40,678 nt of DNA, taken from Octopus bimaculoides. Taxonomy: Eukaryota. The notes beneath the pieces are model-generated. The model saw only the letters and a list, made by a program, of their open reading frames with translations. It did not search any database and was not told the origin of the DNA. Of the stretch, positions 11,701 through 21,280 are shown in pieces; the first letter of the stretch is position 1; every line of letters begins with the position of its first letter. The position numbers and the translations under genes were made by a program. The DNA lies in NCBI RefSeq assembly GCF_001194135.2, contig NC_068997.1, forward strand, positions 50,597,264 to 50,637,941. The letters are read 5' to 3'.

Positions 11701-12654
11701 TGAATGAAGTGATTTTTGCATCAAGTGATATTGAAAAGTGAACTAGTGCCAGAAAACTTGTGTCTAGTTCTGTGGTGCATACCAGATAGATATATAATAT
11801 CAATAACGATAGTTTTCTTGCTTATCTGCACAAGGCCACGAAATTAAGAGGGGGCGGGAACAAGACAGGAGGTGGGGAGAGGTAGATTGTGCAGCGTTCA
11901 TGCCTTCTCTCTTGCTCTCCAGCCTCACCGCCACCACCACCACCACCACCACCAAGGGCATTAGTGAAATAAGCAAAAGTGAATTAGCTTCAAACCTGGG
12001 GATTGAAACTGGCTCCTTTGGACTGTGGACTTGACCTCCTGCTCTACAGTACAATAAGAAATATATTTTACAAATAAAAGCATGAAGTACTGGCAATTAT
12101 TTGTGGGGGGAGAAGGGAAGGTGTAGGAAAATAGGAAGCTGTGGCATTCATGCCTTTTCTATCGATAGTTAAGCATGGAAATAAATAACAGAAATTAAAG
12201 ATGAAGATGGAAAAAAAGAAAGAAGANNNNNNNNNNNNNNNNNNNNNNNNNNNNNNNNNNNNNNNNNNNNNNNNNNNNNNNNNNNNNNNNNNNNNNNNNN
12301 NNNNNNNNNNNNNNNNNNNNNNNNNNNNNNNNNNNNNNNNNNNNNNNNNNNNNNNNNNNNNNNNNNNNNNNNNNNNNNNNNNNNNNNNNNNNNNNNNNNN
12401 NNNNNNNNNNNNNNNNNNNNNNNNNNNNNNNNNNNNNNNNNNNNNNNNNNNNNNNNNNNNNNNNNNNNNNNNNNNNNNNNNNNNNNNNNNNNNNNNNNNN
12501 NNNNNNNNNNNNNNNNNNNNNNNNNNNNNNNNNNNNNNNNNNNNNNNNNNNNNNNNNNNNNNNNNNNNNNNNNNNNNNNNNNNNNNNNNNNNNNNNNNNN
12601 NNNNNNNNNNNNNNNNNNNNNNNNNNNNNNNNNNNNNNNNNNNNNNNNNNNNNN

Positions 12655-12699
12655 ACAACCTGGTCTTCAGTGCCATGCAAAAGAACCATTTTCGGTAAT
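12655..12699 (-). CDS. Alpha/beta-hydrolase coding exon 6 (partial, runs into gap): (K)LPKMVLLHGTEDQV
   Basis: acceptor ttttccctttcag; phase 2 matches the end of exon 5; HGTED resembles the catalytic-acid motif. Confidence 0.85.
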
Positions 12700-12819
12700 C
12701 TGAAAGGGAAAAAAAAAATGTAAAAACAACAAATTAAAAACAAATAAATGCCAATAAAGAAAACAAAAATATAACAAAAACGAGAGAACAAATTTTGACC
12801 TTAGGTCAGTGTTGATCAT

Positions 12820-12965
12820 GGAGGCACGTGGTTTGGTGGTCAGAGTGTTGGATTCATGATTGTAAGATTGTGGTTTCAATTCCTGGACCGGGTGATGTGT
12901 TGTGTTCTTGAGCAAAACACTTCATGTCACATTGCTCCAGTCCACTCAGCTGGTAAAAATGAGTT
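12820..12965 (+). mobile_element. SINE family D, 5' part
   Basis: ggaggcacgtggtttggtggtcagagtg (A box)...ggtttcaattcc (B box)...ttcttgagcaaaacactt...ctccagtccactcagctg. Confidence 0.7.
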
Positions 12966-13303
12966 TAGCCTGGAGAGGGATGTGCTCAGCTCCCCAACGA
13001 CCCCCAAGGGGTTAAAGGACTTGTCAAAAAAATTGTCAGCATTGATCCAGTTGACCTATAACTACTAGCATTGTTAGTAGGGGCGGTCCACCCCAGGTGG
13101 CACTTTTAGAGGAGCACCACTTTTGGGTCTGCTGTAGGCAAAATGTATTTTTTGTGGGGTCCGGGGGTGGAAAATGGAAGAGCCACCCTGGTGGTTAACC
13201 TGATAGAGGTTGACCGTTTGTCAGGATGTCACAACATTGACAGTGGAGAAGACGAAAGGGTTTAGATGAGAAGTATGGCATAGGATTGAGCGGATCCACT
13301 TAC

Positions 13304-13460
13304 TTGATATTTTTCTTCAAGCTTTCTATGATAATCGTCGGAGAAAAGCGACTGAAGTGATCTTCTCCGTACATACATTTCTGGATACAGCTTAGATCTT
13401 CTAAACCTCGTTGTTTCTCATGTTCATGCTGGTCTTTTATGTTGTACACACCAGCCAGAC
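13304..13460 (-). CDS. Alpha/beta-hydrolase coding exon 5: (G)LAGVYNIKDQHEHEKQRGLEDLSCIQKCMYGEDHFSRFSPTIIIESLKKNI(K)
   Basis: acceptor cccacttcag, donor gtaagt, 157 nt, phase 1 to 2; G-x-A-G-V-Y and SP motifs typical of ICME-like esterases. Confidence 0.9.
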
Positions 13461-13482
13461 CTGAAGTGGGAGTAAGCAATGC

Positions 13483-13598
13483 TCAATAATAATAATAAGA
13501 AGAACAACAACAATAATAATAATAGTAATAACAACAACAACAATAATAATAGCAATAATAATAATAGTAATAATAACAACAACAACAACAATAATAAT
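13483..13598. repeat. Compound (AAT)/(AAC)n microsatellite
   Basis: direct reading. Confidence 0.95.
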
Positions 13599-13812
13599 CC
13601 TTTCTGCTGGAAGCACAAGGCCCCAAAATTAGGAGAAGGGATTAAGTCGATTACATCGATCCCAGTGCATAACTGGTACTTATTTAATCGACCCCGAAAG
13701 GATGAAAGGCAAAGTTGACCTCGGCAGAATTTGAACTCAGAACGTAACAGCAGACGAAATACTACTAAGCATTTCACCCGGCATGCTAATGATTCTGCCA
13801 GCTTGACACCTT
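13596..13812 (-). mobile_element. SINE family B, well-preserved copy
   Basis: minus strand has a tRNA-like head (agctggcagaatcattagc...gttctgagttcaaattc), then ctttcatcctttcggggtcgattaaataagtaccag and a short tail. Confidence 0.85.
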
Positions 13813-13818
13813 AATAAT

Positions 13819-14185
13819 AACAAGAGCACTCAGAGAGCGCAAACCTCTGCCAAGGCAACACCAACGTCCTCTCAATAATTAGACGGAGAAGATTTTTAAA
13901 ATGAGAATATCTGAAATAAACTCAACTGCTCTCACAAACGAGAATACTAAAAATGAACCCAACCGCTCTCAAAAATTAAGTAAAACAAAGAGGAAACATA
14001 ATCCAGAATCCTTGTCCGGTACTGGATTGATCCCAAAATCTAATCAGTTCGTGCCAATCATGAGGCCAAACATCTCTGAAAGTTTCATCCGAATCCATCC
14101 AGCGGTTCTTGAGATATCTTGTCCATAGACAAACAAACAAACACAACTGAAAACAATACCTCTGCCTTAGTGAAGGTGGAGGTAA
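13819..14185 (+). mobile_element. Non-autonomous Helentron/HINE-like element
   Basis: acctctgcc near both ends, (caaa)n microsatellite near the 3' end, terminal hairpin acctctgcctt-agtg-aaggtggaggt, inserted in an AAT run. Confidence 0.55.
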
Positions 14186-14945
14186 TAATCCTTTCTACTA
14201 TAGGCACACAGCCTGAAATTTTGGGGGAGGAGACTTGTCGATTACATCAACCCCCAGCATTTCACTGGTACTTAATCTACCAACCCAAGAATAACCGTTT
14301 ATGCATAGAGTTGGTAATTTTGAGGAGCAATGGATTAGTTGATGACACTGATGCTGGTACTTGACTGGTACTTTATTCTGTCGACCCCAATGAAGGGCAA
14401 AGTTGACCTTGATGGGATAGGAATTGAACATACAGAACCAAAAGAAATATTGCAAGGCATTTTGTCTGATGCTCCAAAGATTCTGCAATACCACCATCCT
14501 TATGTATATTCAACAAGAATGGCACCAGGTGCACCCAAACAGCACCAGACACCCCTAAACTGTACTAGGCACCTCTAAAGGATCCCCCAGATATCTCCAA
14601 AAAAAAAAAATGACTGTGATCTATTCATGGAACCAATGGCCTAATGTTCTGGAGAATTCTCTACATTCTGTATATCAATGACAATGACCTCCACTCCTGC
14701 AAAAAATCCACTTTTTCCCCCACTCTCCATCATCCAAACCCTTAAAACTCATCTTTCCTTTTCACACTACTCCTATTGTCTCTCACCTTGCTAAACATTC
14801 AATCCAACTATTAAAATGGAGAAAAGAATAGATGAAAGTGGTGACTAATCGCAATGATGCCGATGAAGGAAATGATGATGATGATGATGATGGTAATGGT
14901 GATGATATAAACAATAAAAAAAACAAGGAATTGATGGTTTCTTAC

Positions 14946-15405
14946 CTATGACAGCTTTGATAGATTTACACATGTCATGTAAACTGGGGCCACTATCAAA
15001 TTCTTTTGGCCGAACAGTGACAACAGAATCGTTATCAGAAGCTTCTTCATCACCTTCCACATCTAGAAAGTGTGTCGCAGTTTTACGGAAGCCGGCTACG
15101 CTTCCAGCGACTTCATCTTCACTTTCCGGCGTGTCGATGTCCATCGGTTCATGGTTTATCTCGTTAACGTTTTTTGATTGCGATGATGCGGAGAATGTCT
15201 CGGTTGAAGCAGAATCTTGGTTCTCTTCATTTGCTGCACCCAAAGCTAATGGCCTGGTCTCAGACTGTGTAGTAGTGTCTGTACTGAGGTCGTCCAGTGG
15301 AGAAATGCCTTGGCGCCCAAGCCTTAATTCTACATGGAGAAGTTCCAAAATGGCCATTACACACAGGTGAGCGCCACAAGAGTGACCAATCAGGATGATT
15401 TTTTC
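14946..15405 (-). CDS. Alpha/beta-hydrolase coding exon 4: EKIILIGHSCGAHLCVMAILELL...acidic insert...LHDMCKSIKAVI(G)
   Basis: acceptor ttaatttag, donor gtaag, 460 nt, phase 0 to 1; nucleophile elbow G-H-S-C-G (Ser codon 15381-15379). Confidence 0.92.
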
Positions 15406-15599
15406 CTAAATTAATAAGATATTAAAAAATAAGAAAGAAAAAAACACAAAAAGAAATATTAGCTTTTGTGGAATTTTGGTTTACATAAGTTTAAGTTTAT
15501 CCAGGGTAGAAAATACAGGGTGGATTGCCACCCGTAACTGTTGAGAGACTGTGGTGGATGATGGTCAACATGAATGGCTGCAGGTCAAGGAGAGAGAAG

Positions 15600-15635
15600 A
15601 GGGAGATAAAGAGAGAGAGAGAAAGGAGGGAGAAG

Positions 15636-15666
<31 letters not shown>

Positions 15667-15670
15667 GAAT

Positions 15671-15705
<35 letters not shown>

Positions 15706-15740
15706 TTAGGGAAAGACAGAGAACATGAGAGAGAAAAAAT
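15600..15740. repeat. (GA)n/(CA)n microsatellites
   Basis: direct reading. Confidence 0.9.
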
Positions 15741-15894
15741 CAGAGAGACAGGGAAACCTCATTAATATGAAGGTGTGTGAGGGTCAATGGAGCCTGCTTT
15801 GGTTTGTCATAGTGTCTCTGTTATAAATCTTAGTTGATGTAACAAGTTTTAAATAGTGAGTAAATATGATAGAGGTATGATCTATAATTGTAGC

Positions 15895-16165
15895 AATACC
15901 AACTACTACAACATCACCACTAACCACTACTACAATACTACTTCAACACTACCACTACAACAGCACCTCAAGTCCACCACTTCAACAACACTAACCATAC
16001 AAACACAATCCCACTACAATCCCAACTACCAGAACACCAAAACACAGCATGACTAGACTTCAGTACTAACCACAATGGCACTCCAACACCACTACAACAA
16101 CAACTGCATAGAACACAACTACAACATTAACTACAACACTATCACCACACCACCACTAAAACAAC
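15895..16165. repeat. Degenerate ACT/ACC/AAC trinucleotide low-complexity tract
   Basis: direct reading. Confidence 0.8.
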
Positions 16166-16763
16166 TCCAAAATGCTCCCATGGTTTCCATCTACCAAATT
16201 TCACTCCCAAACCTTTGGTCAACCCGCAGCTACGAGCGAAGATACTTGCCTAAGGGCTCATGTGGTGGGCTCAAACTCTTTAATCCCACAATCACATCGG
16301 TGTCCAAACATTTTGTAGATGAGGACAGAACTGGAGGGAACAGAATACAAGGGAGATAATCTAGGATACAAATACAAGGGAGGTTATTCAGCCTCTTGAG
16401 TTTTGAGTTTAGATCATAGGTTCTGTTAGTGGACGCTATCACCACCCGGTGAGTGTTGTGAGGATCCAGGTGGGCGCTGGTGTCTAAGGGGGTGGAGGGG
16501 GCCATACAGAAATAGGAGGCGTTAGAAGGAAGGCAGTGGATTGGGGGACACTATCAATTTATTATAATGTTATTTACAGTGAAGTATATTTGCCACTTAA
16601 ATGTGGCTAACCCTTAAGGGTGGATGCTACTGTAGCTTGTAGCTCCAATCTAATGACTGAAATAAGTAAAATAAAAAAATAAAAGATAACAAAATCGAAA
16701 AGGTTAAAACTCCCAAAAGTAACCCAACTAATCAACAAATACACATTTCAAAGAAGATCTTAC

Positions 16764-16847
16764 CTTATTCCCACCATATTTGTGAATATAGTTGTGTATC
16801 CAACTGATGGCATCGACCACGTCCTGTACCATGTCGTCTGCACAACC
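16764..16847 (-). CDS. Alpha/beta-hydrolase coding exon 3: GCADDMVQDVVDAISWIHNYIHKYGGNK
   Basis: acceptor gttgatag, donor gtaaga, 84 nt, phase 0-0; D..DA..W.......YGG helix typical of HSL-like esterases. Confidence 0.92.
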
Positions 16848-17007
16848 CTATCAACAACAACAACAGAATTAATATATTAATATACAAGCAGCGGCAGAAA
16901 AATGTTCCATATTTGATAAAGCTATTGGTGTGGCACTAATGAAGTTAAGCAGGTAATAATGGAATCTTCATGTAGCAAAGGTTTTATCATGTTCTTTGCA
17001 GTTACCA

Positions 17008-17100
17008 TCATGGTTTAGATTGGTGCAGAATGTGCATTTGTTGTTGAAGTTTTTATCAAGAATGGTGAATGTGAGGGGTTTTTGGTGCACTTTGTTACAA
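17008..17100 (+). mobile_element. Decayed Tc1/mariner-superfamily transposase N-terminus
   Basis: translates MV*IGAECAFVVEVFIKNGE, resembling the RAFVVE.F.KNGES start of some mariner-like transposases (from recall only, not searched). Confidence 0.35.
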
Positions 17101-17577
17101 GTCACACATCAATGACAAAGATTCTATGAAATCATTCCCCGTTATTTAATTGGATCACTGGAACCTTCGTCATTGTAACTGACAAAGTGCCAGTTCTTTT
17201 GGGGGTTTTTTTTCAGAGTTCAGTGAAAGAAATTATATTTCGTCAGAACTAAACTCTCAGCAACAAACCCCTCTCAGTTCCTTACATTTTTTTGTACATT
17301 TTCTTGAGGGAGAGAAAACAATGTCCAAGACTATTATTGGAAGAAAAGGAGGAAGATTTCTTCAAAACAAAAACCTGACTTGAATGGCTGCAACAGAGTA
17401 AAGAGCTCTGCTAATGGCATCCAAGGATCAATTTTTGGAGATGCTAAATCTAGCAACAGATTACACAGACCAGGGAAGGTTTAGTGGTGAATTGACCAAG
17501 TTGTTGGCAACATATTGGCAGCAGAAGACTCCATGGCTCTTCTCAAAGCAGAAGAGGTTTGAACTTAAAACAAATAA

Positions 17578-17790
17578 CAGGTGTGGCTGTGTGGTAAGAA
17601 GCTTGCTTCCCAACCACATGGTTCCAGGTTCAGTCCCACTGTGTGGCACCTTTGGCAAGTGTCTGCTTCTATATAAATACAAAGCTTTAAAAAAATAAGT
17701 CCTGGAGTTGATTTGTTCGACTAAAACCCTTTGAGGCAGTGCTCCAGCATGGCCACAGTCAAATGACTGAAACAAGTAAAAGAATAAAAT
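17578..17790 (+). mobile_element. SINE family A with internal deletion
   Basis: head joined directly to the tail (aataagtcctgg...gactgaaacaagtaaaag); central part missing relative to 18401-18794. Confidence 0.75.
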
Positions 17791-17919
17791 AAAAATGAAA
17801 TATAAAAAATATATAAAAAAGAGAATTTTTTTAAAACTATATTTTCTTATTATGGAGATGTACTTGCATAGCATGTGGCTTGATCTGAGATCATGTGTTG
17901 AAACAGAAACAATTGCAGT

Positions 17920-18040
17920 GTGGAAGGTATTTATAAACCATTTAAAAACACACAAAAACCGTTAGATTCACTTCAACATTTAAATGAAGTGAATCTAACG
18001 GATTTTGTGTATTTTTAAATGGCTTATAAATAGCTTCCAC
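17920..18040. repeat. Inverted repeat: 56-bp arms, 9-nt loop, 4 mismatches
   Basis: 17920-17975 against the reverse complement of 17985-18040, aligned manually. Confidence 0.95.
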
Positions 18041-18065
18041 GCTACAAGTGTTTATATTTTCTTAC

Positions 18066-18275
18066 CTGTGGGTAAAGGGAATAGTTAGGGCAGCAGACAA
18101 CAGCGTCAACTTGGTCGGCAATCTGAGAACACACTAAGCCACACATGTTCTTGTCTCCTGTGCTCCAGCCTTCTCCAAACACATAGATTAAAACTGGTTT
18201 TAAGCTGTCTTCCTTATAGGCACCGACTGGTAAATATACATCAAGCTGTTTATCATTGCGTCCATATGTGAGATT
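18066..18275 (-). CDS. Alpha/beta-hydrolase coding exon 2: NLTYGRNDKQLDVYLP...VLIYVFGEGWSTGDK...CPNYSLYPQ
   Basis: acceptor ttaatcttgcag, donor gtaaga, 210 nt, phase 0-0; LDVY.P, HGGxW-equivalent and Y.L.P motifs. Confidence 0.93.
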
Positions 18276-18400
18276 CTGCAAGATTAAGAGATTTAGTTAA
18301 TTAGAAAGGGTCAAAAAAAAAAAAGGTAATGGATAACAGTAAGGAAAGACTTCCTTTTGTACCACCACCCCATAAATTTTTCTAAAAAAATATTACACAT

Positions 18401-18794
18401 GGAGGCGCAGTAGTGGCTGTGTGGTAAGTAGCTTGCTTACCAACCACATGGTTCCGGGTTCAGTACCACTGCGTGGCACCTTGGGCAAGTGTCTTCTACT
18501 ATAGCCTCGAGCCGACCAAAGCCTTGTGAGTGGATTTGGTAGACGGAAACTGAAAGAAGCCCGTTGTATATATGTATGTGTGTGTATATGTTTGTCCCCC
18601 CGACATCGCTTGACAACCGATGGTGGTGTGTTTGTCTCCCCGTAACTTAGCGGTTCAGCAAAAGAGACCGATAGAATAAGTACTAGGCTTACAAAGAATA
18701 AGTCCTGGGGTCGATTTGCTCGACTAAAGGTGGTGCTCCAGCATGGCCGCAGTCAAATGACTGAAACAAGTAAAAGTGTAAGAGTAAAAGAGTA
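18401..18794 (+). mobile_element. SINE family A, full-length reference copy
   Basis: tRNA-like head (tggctgtgtggtaag...ggttcagtacc), gcaccttgggcaagtgtc central block, internal microsatellite, tail ending gactgaaacaagtaaaag. Confidence 0.88.
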
Positions 18795-18889
18795 TGGTGG
18801 AAAATTAATTTCCTACCATGTCTTGTAATAATAATGATGAGAAAGTCATAAAAATTGCTATTAAAAAAACTTCATTTCTCTATTCTGTA

Positions 18890-18969
18890 TATTCATGTCC
18901 CAATTTGCCTAACGTTAAAGCCTAAATTGCCTCACTCTATGAAATTTGCCTAACCTTGGGACATGAATA
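18890..18969. mobile_element. 80-bp mini-MITE (TA plus 12-bp TIR)
   Basis: tattcatgtcccaa (18890-18903) and ttgggacatgaata (18956-18969) form a perfect 14-bp inverted pair. Confidence 0.65.
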
Positions 18970-19510
18970 AACCGTTTTCTTATAAGGTATTAGGTGCAAT
19001 TAATTTTCTTTTGTGCACTAAGCTAATATTCAATTAGATTTTTGTTGCATAAATGATTTTATGCAACAAGGGAAGTCACTGTGTTATGTTCTGTAAGATG
19101 TGTTTTGTACAATTGCAACCACAGCAACTGACATTCTTAGTTGAGATACAGTGTTGTTCATCTGCCCTGTATAACTATGAAAGGTAAACATCTGTGTGTG
19201 TGTGAAAGGGAAGCCTTACGGCAGGAGCATAAGAGATGAAAGTCATGGGAAGGAATATAAGAGATGCTACACGGATGGTAGTCATCTATGTATGTCATGA
19301 CCAATCTCATGACCCCCACCTACTTTGTTTCCACTTCTGCCATTCCAAAATTGTAGTGGTTTCTCTTTAAGCTTATTCTATTACATTAAGAGCACCATGG
19401 AATTCTTTCCTTCTCTAGCTCTGATGAAATATTTACTAAAAATTATAACAGAATATCCTGTCGGTTGAAAATCTGCATTTTTGCAACTGAAGACGGTGCT
19501 GTATTTCAAC

Positions 19511-19543
<33 letters not shown>

Positions 19544-19906
19544 TATATATACATGTGTGTGTGTGCAAGTATGTATGTGCTGTGTATGTGTATATGTATG
19601 TGTACTCACTTATTGTATATATATTTTATACATGTATGTAATATATATTTGGCCAGTTCACTTCATATATATATATCTCAGACAACTTAGATGCTGGGAA
19701 TAAGCACCAAATCTTCCGAAAATACCCCGGCCTCAATTTAATATTCTAGCTAGCCCAAGTCATAACTCTCACCCAATTCATGGCTTAAAGCCAGAACTAA
19801 GTTCTGATTCTTAAAGGACTCCTTGAAACAACAAAGAGATTTCTTTGTTTTATGGTTTTTAATGACAATTTATATTTTCATAGTAATTAATAATGAAGCC
19901 ACTTAC

Positions 19907-20164
19907 CTTTATTACCCAAGAAGAGTGAGAATATTTATAAAAGAATTTCAGTCGAACGTAGAGGGTGAAATATTTGAAGAGCTTCATCTGTTGCCAAACT
20001 GCGTAATTCAAGGCAAAAACCTTTTTCAGACTAAGAGAATCTTTTAAGCGTTGCCGTGATAGGGGCCAGCCGTACAGCAGATTACACAATATAGCTATTG
20101 TGTAAGGGACAGCCACCATCGTGGACATCATTACAGCAAGGTTCTTTACGATTTCTCTCATCAT
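19907..20164 (-). CDS. Alpha/beta-hydrolase (ICME-like esterase) coding exon 1: MMREIVKNLAVMMSTMVAVPYTIAILCNLLYGWP...SSWVIK
   Basis: ATG at 20164 with an in-frame TGA upstream; donor gtaagt at 19906, phase 0 joins exon 2; hydrophobic N-terminal segment. Confidence 0.85.
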
Positions 20165-20256
20165 TTTGATAAGCTGAATCTGTCAAACTGTCTGTCTGTG
20201 TGTCAGTAAACCAGTAAAACTGTAGAGTTCACTGAAAGGTACAATGGTGAGGCAAT
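20165..20256 (-). other. 5' UTR part of the first coding exon of the esterase
   Basis: strong acceptor ttatatttttgtcttttattgcag ending at 20257 implies an upstream non-coding exon. Confidence 0.55.
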
Positions 20257-20524
20257 CTGCAATAAAAGACAAAAATATAATTTTAAAAACATTGGAAATC
20301 CACCCCCTTTTCTCCATTCACTGCATTATTCTTTGTCCCCTATCTCTGTTGCTTTCCTTTCACACTCCCACCCTTTGTATTCTCTCTTATACACCTTATA
20401 TTTTTCTCCTAAACCCTTTATTTATTTACATTGGTTTTTTTTAATTAATTGTGTATTATTTTGTACCTTCAAAATTTCAATGGTGTGATTGTTTATTTAT
20501 AGAATGACATTGTAGGATGGTTAT

Positions 20525-20880
20525 GAGAGGCCAGATCTGGCCTGTTTGAACATAGAAAAAAAATAAAGACCCCCTTCAATCGCAAACGACCATGGGATTG
20601 CACCTAGAAAGTTCCCTTGTGCGGTACAAGTCCAGGCAAGGTTGTTTGTGGAAAACCAGCAATCCCCCATGCATACCAGACTCTTCTCCCTGTGCCACCA
20701 ATGTTGACCAAGGGGAAAGCAAAGGCTGATACAGCTTGGCACCAGTGACATTGTAACACATATCTACAGCTGAGTGGACTGGAGTGACATGAGACAAAGT
20801 GTTTTGCTCAAGAACAACAAATAGCCAGGCCCAGGAATCAAACTCACAACCTCATGATTGTAAGCCTGACACTCTAACCC
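20525..20880 (-). mobile_element. SINE family D, near full length
   Basis: minus head ggttagagtgtcaggc...gagtttgattcc, then ttcttgagcaaaacact...ctccagtccactcagctg, matching 12820-12965. Confidence 0.7.
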
Positions 20881-20935
20881 AGTGTTTCTCAACTGGGGTT
20901 CCATAAAAGGTTCCTAGGGGTTCCGCAAGAAAGAG
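20880..20935 (+). mobile_element. Possible hAT (Charlie-like) terminus
   Basis: cagtgtttctcaactgggg resembles Charlie-type TIRs; partner end not found. Confidence 0.35.
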
Positions 20936-20959
20936 TGAGATAAGCTAATACTAATTTCA

Positions 20960-20967
<8 letters not shown>

Positions 20968-21027
<60 letters not shown>

Positions 21028-21280
21028 CATTTACCACGTGAACTATGATAGAAAAATATGGTGTATAATTTTTTTTTGTGTAGGGGCTCCTTGAAACATG
21101 AGAGAGACAAAAAGAGAGAGAGAGAGAAAAGGAGAGAGAGACAAAAAGAGAGAGAAAGAACGAGAGACAAAAAGAAAGAAAGAGACAAAAAGGGAGAGAG
21201 AGAGAGACAAAGAGACAAAAAGGGAGAGAGAGAGAAAGAAAGAGAGGGAGGGAGAAAGAGAGAGAGAGAGAGATAAAGAA
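20968..21280. repeat. (TA)n and compound (GA)n/GAGACAAAA tracts
   Basis: direct reading. Confidence 0.9.

Noticed and set aside
14650-14700. ILYINDND, similar to the CR1 RT motif LYINDL
   Set aside because: Too short, and the flanking motif PQGSVLGP is absent.
14948-15370. 140-aa plus-strand ORF
   Set aside because: Antisense shadow of esterase exon 4.
15856-16359. Thr/Asn-rich mucin-like ORFs
   Set aside because: Degenerate trinucleotide tract inside an intron of the opposite-strand gene; frequent stops.
18401-18480. tRNA-like sequences here and at other SINE heads (e.g. 3315-3390, 12820-12890)
   Set aside because: No complete acceptor stem or cloverleaf, and each runs into a SINE body; not tRNA genes.
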